Shown piece after piece: positions 58,582 to 64,000 of a stretch of DNA of 64,000 bases (its first letter is position 1; every line of letters begins with the position of its first letter). The notes beneath the pieces are model-generated. The model was not told the origin of the DNA and searched no databases. It saw nothing but the letters and a program-made list of their open reading frames with translations. Location of the stretch: contig CAZJVE010000001.1 of NCBI GenBank assembly GCA_964549685.1, forward strand, positions 1 to 64,000, in the 5' to 3' direction. The stretch is from an uncultured archaeon. GTDB taxonomy: Archaea > Altiarchaeota > Altiarchaeia > IMC4 > QMZM01. Position numbers and translations under genes: made by a program.

Positions 58582-59224
58582 CTGCCTTTATCCCCTGTAT
58601 TTTCTTTAGGTCAGAGAGGTTCTTCAGGTCTATCTCTCTTGATTTTATTGTGACCTCTCTGCCGAAGGTTACTGCTCCGTGTTCGCAGAGGGGGACGCAT
58701 TTCTTGCAGGCGTTGCATTTCAGCAAGTTTATTCGAAGTCTCTCAGCGCGGTAGAATGCAGAGTTGGGGCATGCTTCCATTGCAGGACAGGGATTGCAAT
58801 TCTTACATTTTTCAAATTCAAGAGTAATAGGAATTCTCGTCTTTTGTGATTTTTCAATATCGGTCGGGAGGATTACTATGGGAATCTCGCTCTTTTGTGC
58901 CTGTGCAACGAGATTGCTTGCAAGGGAGTCGGCTATTCCATGCACTGTCTTTGCTATAGTATTGGCTGTGCATGGGGCAACCACGAGAAGGTCATACTCC
59001 CTCTTTGCCATTCTGCCAGAGGCGGGATAGCTCGAGCCCTGCTCCGATTCCAGGATTGTTTCCACAGCAACTTTCCTAATCCTGTCGAGGAGGCCATAGG
59101 TTCTCGCCACCTCCTCTCCTGCGGAGGAGAGTGCTACTGTGACTTCGTCCTGGGATTTTTCCATCGCCTCCAGGCACTCCTCAAGGAGGTGACCGGCTCC
59201 CGTTATGCACCATAGGATTCTCAT
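58550..59224 (-). CDS. AfpA/DmrX-type flavoprotein with ferredoxin insert (dihydromethanopterin reductase-like)
   Basis: WCITGAGHLL, APCTANTIAK..GIADSL; CxxCxxCxxxxxCP and CxxCxxCxxxC. Confidence 0.82.
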   Translation of the reverse strand: MRILWCITGAGHLLEECLEAMEKSQDEVTVALSSAGEEVARTYGLLDRIRKVAVETILESEQGSSYPASGRMAKREYDLLVVAPCTANTIAKTVHGIADSLASNLVAQAQKSEIPIVILPTDIEKSQKTRIPITLEFEKCKNCNPCPAMEACPNSAFYRAERLRINLLKCNACKKCVPLCEHGAVTFGREVTIKSREIDLKNLSDLKKIQGIKAVRNPEELYNS

Positions 59225-59271
59225 TTCAGGTTAAGTTATAAACGAGCAATCCTATATAAAGCATTCGTAAA

Positions 59272-60663
59272 ATGAAACAGAAATTCCAAGAGCAGATAAA
59301 CGGGGTTGCTAAGAAGCTGAAGGAAGAGAACAACATCCTTGTTGTCAGCCATCACGATGCCGATGGGATTACTGCCTGTGCCATAATGGTGGACGCCCTC
59401 AGGAAGCTGGGCAAAGACGTAGATTTTATGGCCATTAAGCAGCTGGACAGCATAAACATCAACAAAGTAGAGAATTTCGGCAGAACCGTCGTCTTTACGG
59501 ACATGGGCTCCGGGCAGATGGAGATGCTGATGGAGCATAAGGAGAAGATTGGGAATTTCTACGTTATTGACCACCATCCCCCTGCGATGGAATATGACAA
59601 GCAGGTGAATCCGCACTTCTTTGGCTATGACGGAGGGCTTGATGTCTCCGGGGCCGGGCTTGCCTACTTCGTTGCAAAGGCACTGGGGCACGAAGAGATG
59701 GCACATCTCGCAATCGTTGGGGCAGTAGGGGACATGCAGGATTCCGATGGAAAATTACACTCATTGAACAGGATAATTCTTGAGGACGGGATAAGGCAGG
59801 GGACCGTGAAGGTCAAACATGACCTCAGGCTGTTTGGGAGGCAAAGCAGGGCGCTGGCCCAGATGCTAATGTATGCCTCGGACCCTATTCTTCCAGGGCT
59901 TGTGGGGAACGAGACCTCTTGCGTGTCTTTTGTAGAGAATCTCGGAATAGGGCTGAAAAGAGAGAATGGGGAGTGGAAAAGCTATGTCGACCTGGATATT
60001 GAGGAGAGAAGGAAGCTGACATCTGCCATGTATATGCTTCTCCTTGACAATGGAACTCCCGAGTACATAATCCAGGGGATGATCGGCGAGGTTTTTACGC
60101 TATCGAAAGAGGAAAAGGGAACGGAGCTGAGGGATGCGAAGGAGTTTGCAACTTTGTTGAATTCCTGCGGAAGGCAAGAGGTGTCAGAGGTTGGAGTAAG
60201 AGTATGCCTGGGTGATAGAGACGAGGGATGGAAGAATGCAAAAGACGCTCTCCAGCAGTACAGGAGGAGACTGAGAGAGGGGATTGAATTCTTATCGGGC
60301 ATGGAGAAAGAGGAGATGGATAATCTCTATTATTTTGATGCCAGCGGGAAGATAGATGAGAACATAATAGGGGTTATAGCAGGCATGGGATACGGAGCCA
60401 GAAAATTTAGACCAAACAAACCCGTCCTTGCACTGGCTGAGGACAAAGATAATGAAGATATGCTGAAGATTTCTTCAAGAGCCAACCGGCGCCTGGTGAG
60501 GAGGGGTCTTCATCTGGGCAATGCCATGAACGACTGTAGCAGTGCCGTTGGTGGAGAAGGCGGCGGTCATGACATCGCTGCAGGGGCAAGAATCCCCAAG
60601 GAAAGAAGGGATGAGTTTCTGGCTTTGGTTGACAAGATGATTAAAAAGCAGCTGAACAAGTGA
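59272..60663 (+). CDS. RecJ-like DHH phosphoesterase
   Basis: HHDADG, TDMGSG, IDHH, GAVGD, GGGHDIAAGA. Confidence 0.9.
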   Translation: MKQKFQEQINGVAKKLKEENNILVVSHHDADGITACAIMVDALRKLGKDVDFMAIKQLDSININKVENFGRTVVFTDMGSGQMEMLMEHKEKIGNFYVIDHHPPAMEYDKQVNPHFFGYDGGLDVSGAGLAYFVAKALGHEEMAHLAIVGAVGDMQDSDGKLHSLNRIILEDGIRQGTVKVKHDLRLFGRQSRALAQMLMYASDPILPGLVGNETSCVSFVENLGIGLKRENGEWKSYVDLDIEERRKLTSAMYMLLLDNGTPEYIIQGMIGEVFTLSKEEKGTELRDAKEFATLLNSCGRQEVSEVGVRVCLGDRDEGWKNAKDALQQYRRRLREGIEFLSGMEKEEMDNLYYFDASGKIDENIIGVIAGMGYGARKFRPNKPVLALAEDKDNEDMLKISSRANRRLVRRGLHLGNAMNDCSSAVGGEGGGHDIAAGARIPKERRDEFLALVDKMIKKQLNK

Positions 60664-60702
60664 TTTTTAAAGCTGAAAACCAATCTTTTACTCTGCTAAG
60701 CG

Positions 60703-60744
60703 CTCGTTCTGGATAGGGCGGAGGGTTCTTCCCTATACCACGAG
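60703..60744 (+). promoter_or_regulatory. Hairpin in the rps15 5' leader (candidate S15 r-leader)
   Basis: CTCGT/ACGAG outer stem and GG-ATAGGG/CCCTAT-A-CC inner stem; TTTTTAAA box at 60664. Confidence 0.5.
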
Positions 60745-60757
60745 TTAAAGTACTGAA

Positions 60758-61207
60758 ATGGCAAGAATTCATGCAAGAAAGAAAGGTAAGTCAAAGTCAA
60801 GCAAACCATTGAGAGTGTCATCTCCAGAGTGGGTGGTCTATGACAGCAAGGAGATTGAGGAGCTCGTGGTAAAGCTTGTGAAGGACGGCAATTCCCCGAG
60901 CAGGATAGGTATAATTCTCAGGGACCAGTACGGGATTCCCTCCGTTAACCAGATAACCGGGAAGAAGATAGGTCACTTTATCAGGAAGAACAAGCTTGCC
61001 TCTGAGATTCCAGAGGATTTGCAGAACCTTATCAAGAAGGCGGTAAACCTGAGAAAGCACCTTGAGAAGCACCACAAGGACAGGCACAATAACAGGGGCC
61101 TCAAGCTTATGGAGTCGAAGATACACAGACTCAGCAAGTATTACAGAAGCACAGGGAAGCTGCCAAAGGAATGGAGGTACGAGCCTGAGAAGGCCAGGTT
61201 GCTATGA
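60758..61207 (+). CDS. rps15: 30S ribosomal protein S15 (uS15)
   Basis: [37 protein letters not shown]. Confidence 0.96.
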   Translation: MARIHARKKGKSKSSKPLRVSSPEWVVYDSKEIEELVVKLVKDGNSPSRIGIILRDQYGIPSVNQITGKKIGHFIRKNKLASEIPEDLQNLIKKAVNLRKHLEKHHKDRHNNRGLKLMESKIHRLSKYYRSTGKLPKEWRYEPEKARLL

Positions 61208-61431
61208 AGTTCAGTGCTGTCCTTAAGACGGAATCCATGGACGCGGAAAGCGTTTCAAAGGCCCTGCAGATAGACAACGTGGATATGGAAAACTTCAGGA
61301 TAAAAACAGAGGCTGAGAAGGGCAGAATCGTAACAAAGATTGAAGCGGAGAAGATTAACACCCTGTTAAGCTCACTTGATGATGTAATAAAGTGCCAGAT
61401 GGTTGCTGAGGAGAGCATAAACAATGGCTAA
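61204..61431 (+). CDS. pcc1: KEOPS complex subunit Pcc1
   Basis: Size and position between S15 and S3ae; ALQIDN...LLSSLDD. Confidence 0.75.
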   Translation: MKFSAVLKTESMDAESVSKALQIDNVDMENFRIKTEAEKGRIVTKIEAEKINTLLSSLDDVIKCQMVAEESINNG

Positions 61432-61984
61432 GAAAAAGAAGGTAGGTTCGTGGAAGGACAAATCCACCTATGATGTAATCTCCCCTGAGAATTTCGATTC
61501 CGTAAGCCTGGGAACCACAATAACCAGTAACCCGGGCTTGCTCAAGGGGAGGAGCATTGATATATCCCTGAAGGATTTGACGGGGGATAGAGGAAAGCAG
61601 CACCTCAAGTTAGTTTTCATGATAGATAAAGTTGATGGTAACAAAGCCCATACAAGGTTCAAGATGTTTAAGATGAACCCGGGTTATCTGAAATCGAGAG
61701 TTAGAAAGGGGGGTAGCAAGATAGATTACATGGACATGATAGAGATGGGCGGGGAGAAGGTCAAGATAAAAATCATGACTGTAACCAACGGCCATATACA
61801 GAGTTCGCAAAAGAGAGACGTTACCTTAAAAATATCATCCATCCTCAAATCCCACGGGAAGGACAAACTTAACGAATTCGCCCAGATGGCACTCTTCGGC
61901 AAGTTAGGGACTGAAATCTACCACGGGATAAAGAACATATGTCCCGTAAAGAGGGTTGAGATAGAGCAGCTCAGGGTTCTCTGA
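61424..61984 (+). CDS. rps3ae: 30S ribosomal protein S3ae (eS1)
   Basis: WKDKSTYDVISP, DLTGD, SRVRKGGSKID, ICPVKRVEI. Confidence 0.9.
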   Translation: MAKKKKVGSWKDKSTYDVISPENFDSVSLGTTITSNPGLLKGRSIDISLKDLTGDRGKQHLKLVFMIDKVDGNKAHTRFKMFKMNPGYLKSRVRKGGSKIDYMDMIEMGGEKVKIKIMTVTNGHIQSSQKRDVTLKISSILKSHGKDKLNEFAQMALFGKLGTEIYHGIKNICPVKRVEIEQLRVL

Positions 61985-62390
61985 TAACCCTCTTCTCGGT
62001 AACGTCAAGGATGAGGAATCTGTTTTTGATTTCTCTTGTTATGTCTGATTTTTCAATGAGTTCCGAGACCTTCTCTGCCTTGCACTCCGATTTCGAGCTG
62101 AGCAACAGAACCGCGAGGCTGGGGGAGAATTCAACGAGCTTCCATAGGTGCTTCAAGATATCCTCGAATCTCCCGAATTCTACAGCAAATGCTATGTTCG
62201 GCTCGAGCCATATGACATCGAGCCTGCCGGAATTCACGCCATTCTTTATGACAGAGGAATTCTCCCTGACCGTGAAGCCTAGTTTTTCTCCAAGGTTCTT
62301 GTAGTATTCGAGAATTGCCTCCCTGTACTTGAGCCCTGAGTTCTTGGTATGCTCTTCGAGCTCCTCAAAGTTCTTCAGCTCGTCAATCAT
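61971..62390 (-). CDS. Hypothetical protein, possible PD-(D/E)XK-like fold
   Basis: LGEKLGF...RLDVIW...FAVEFG. Confidence 0.55.
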   Translation of the reverse strand: MIDELKNFEELEEHTKNSGLKYREAILEYYKNLGEKLGFTVRENSSVIKNGVNSGRLDVIWLEPNIAFAVEFGRFEDILKHLWKLVEFSPSLAVLLLSSKSECKAEKVSELIEKSDITREIKNRFLILDVTEKRVIREP

Positions 62391-63766
62391 TCAAATTCAC
62401 CGCAAAATTTTAATGCCGCTGGAATCTTGTCTATGAGGTCCGTTGCCATTATCGCATAGCCCAGGTCGTTCAATGCCAGGTCTCCTGCAATGCCAGAGAG
62501 AAAGGCTCCAGCACTTGCCGCCTGCAATGGCCCGGTCCAGCAGTGAAACGCCCCGATGATGCCGGCAAGGGCATCTCCCGTGCCCCCGACCGTCATGGCA
62601 GCATTGCCGCTCTTGTTGAGCCTGGTTTCCCTGCCGTTTGAGATTATGTCGACCGGGTTCTTGAGGACGATGGTCGCCTTTGTCTTCCTTGCCTTCTTCT
62701 CAACTGCTTCTGTCTTGTCTTCGAGGGTTTCGCCCAGCTCTCCAAAAAGGATTCCGAATTCCCTTTCATGTGGAGTGAGGATGAAGTTCTCCCCGAGCCA
62801 GGATGGCTTTACCAGCTTCAATGCATCGGCGTCAAGAACGACAGGCTTCTCTTTGATTCTTCTGAGCAGCTTCTTGAGTGCAAACTTGCTCTCCTGCTGC
62901 TGGGAGAGGCCATTGCCGATTACTATGGAGTCGAATTCTTTATCCATAATGGAATCAACATCCTCCTTTTCTAGATAAAATTCTGAATTTAACGGCGTTA
63001 TCATCATGTTTGGGTCAAAGGGAATCCTCTCTGCAACGAAACGGGGGCACATTATCGTTACCAGGTCGACTCCTGTTCGAAGAGCTGCCTTTCCCGTGAG
63101 TACAGGAGCGCCTGTGAATTCCCTGCTGCCTCCAACCACGAGAACCCTGCCGAATTCTCCCTTGTGCTCGTTGCCTTTTCTTTTTGGGATTGCTGTAATG
63201 ACATCGCCTGGACCGCACTGTGTTTGCGCTTCTTTGGGGATTCCTATGTCGGCTACCTTCGCGTCCTGGGTCTTTCCGATGTGGAACGAGAGGGTTGTAT
63301 CTGCCTTGATTCCTGGCGTTGGAATATCGACAGACAGTATGTGGGCCTTGGCCTTGTTTATTGCATCGACGAGACTTTTTACGGGCTCTCTGAGCTCGCC
63401 CTTTATCCCTACGCCCAACAGGGCATCAATGACAAGGTCGAAATCCTTCAGGTCGGGTTTGCTGTCATCAATTACCTCAATGTTGACAGACAGATTCCTG
63501 AGTATCTCAAGGTTCTTCTGGTTTGCTTCTGTTCTGTTGCCATCGAGAATATAGACCGTTACCTCCTTTCCCTTGGCTGAGAGGTGTCTTGCTGCTACAA
63601 GGCCGTCGCCGCCATTATTCCCGTTGCCGCAGAATATTGCAATTCTGTTGAATCTTTCAGCCTCCTCGGCTATTGCGCTTCCTGCGTTCTCCATCAGCTG
63701 CAGGGTCGAGACTCCAAGATAGGTGGAATTGATGTCTATGGCCCTCGTAATTCTCTCGTAGTCCAT
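62387..63766 (-). CDS. nnr: Bifunctional NAD(P)H-hydrate epimerase/dehydratase
   Basis: LMENAG, GNNGGDG, DALLGVG, HKGEFG, LTPHEREF, GGTGDALAG. Confidence 0.93.
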   Translation of the reverse strand: MDYERITRAIDINSTYLGVSTLQLMENAGSAIAEEAERFNRIAIFCGNGNNGGDGLVAARHLSAKGKEVTVYILDGNRTEANQKNLEILRNLSVNIEVIDDSKPDLKDFDLVIDALLGVGIKGELREPVKSLVDAINKAKAHILSVDIPTPGIKADTTLSFHIGKTQDAKVADIGIPKEAQTQCGPGDVITAIPKRKGNEHKGEFGRVLVVGGSREFTGAPVLTGKAALRTGVDLVTIMCPRFVAERIPFDPNMMITPLNSEFYLEKEDVDSIMDKEFDSIVIGNGLSQQQESKFALKKLLRRIKEKPVVLDADALKLVKPSWLGENFILTPHEREFGILFGELGETLEDKTEAVEKKARKTKATIVLKNPVDIISNGRETRLNKSGNAAMTVGGTGDALAGIIGAFHCWTGPLQAASAGAFLSGIAGDLALNDLGYAIMATDLIDKIPAALKFCGEFE

Positions 63767-63805
63767 GGAATTATCTATATTGGATATAGAGGAATTATAA
63801 CGGAA

Positions 63806-64000
63806 TTAATACTTTTTGAGCAGCTTCATCTCATAGAAAAGCTTGCCACCTATGGCGGCAAACGCCCCTCCAACGGCCAGGGCAGAGAACGCAATCGTCC
63901 TGCAGTTCCAGAGCCCAAAATAGGCGTCCGGGTTCGTCTTTAGATAGGGGACGAACTGTGAATATGCAGTCATGTGAGCAATGATGAATACCAGTATGGC
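63806..64000 (-). CDS. 3' end of a membrane protein gene (truncated by the window edge)
   Basis: Open frame AILVFIIAHMTAY...IAFSALAVGGAFAAIGGKLFYEMKLLKKY*. Confidence 0.55.
   Translation of the reverse strand, partial: AILVFIIAHMTAYSQFVPYLKTNPDAYFGLWNCRTIAFSALAVGGAFAAIGGKLFYEMKLLKKY

Noticed and set aside
61971-62390. Restriction endonuclease partner for the dnaK-operon MTase
   Set aside because: 11 kb away, short, and lacks the Lys of (D/E)xK

Overview
Archaeal chromosomal window. The mix of genes (form III RuBisCO, R15P isomerase, AglB, RFC-L, PriL, S15/S3ae, Pcc1, folC/folP, DmrX/AfpA-type flavoprotein, DPANN-style pilins) fits a DPANN-affiliated lineage, plausibly Altiarchaeota; this is inference, not a search result. 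Layout: an AT-rich GNAT/ASCH island at the left end; folate and sugar-nucleotide genes; a ~25 kb co-directional minus-strand surface locus (uppS, a 4-gene operon ending in a 2569-aa protein, aglB, pilin/adhesin genes, pilus ATPase, two TadB/C-like genes); then mostly housekeeping genes, including grpE-dnaK-dnaJ interrupted by a DNA methyltransferase. The best candidate for a new system is 25678-35556. There a Cys-rich VirB2/TrbC-like pilin, a Cys-rich secreted protein and a membrane-anchored protein are tightly linked to a giant exported protein. That protein carries two GNAT modules, one SAM-methyltransferase-like module and four pol-beta-type nucleotidyltransferase modules, joined by Cys-containing linkers and recent DNA repeats, and ends in transmembrane helices. 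All domain calls are by-eye motif recognition. No tRNA, rRNA, CRISPR array, integrase or transposase was seen.
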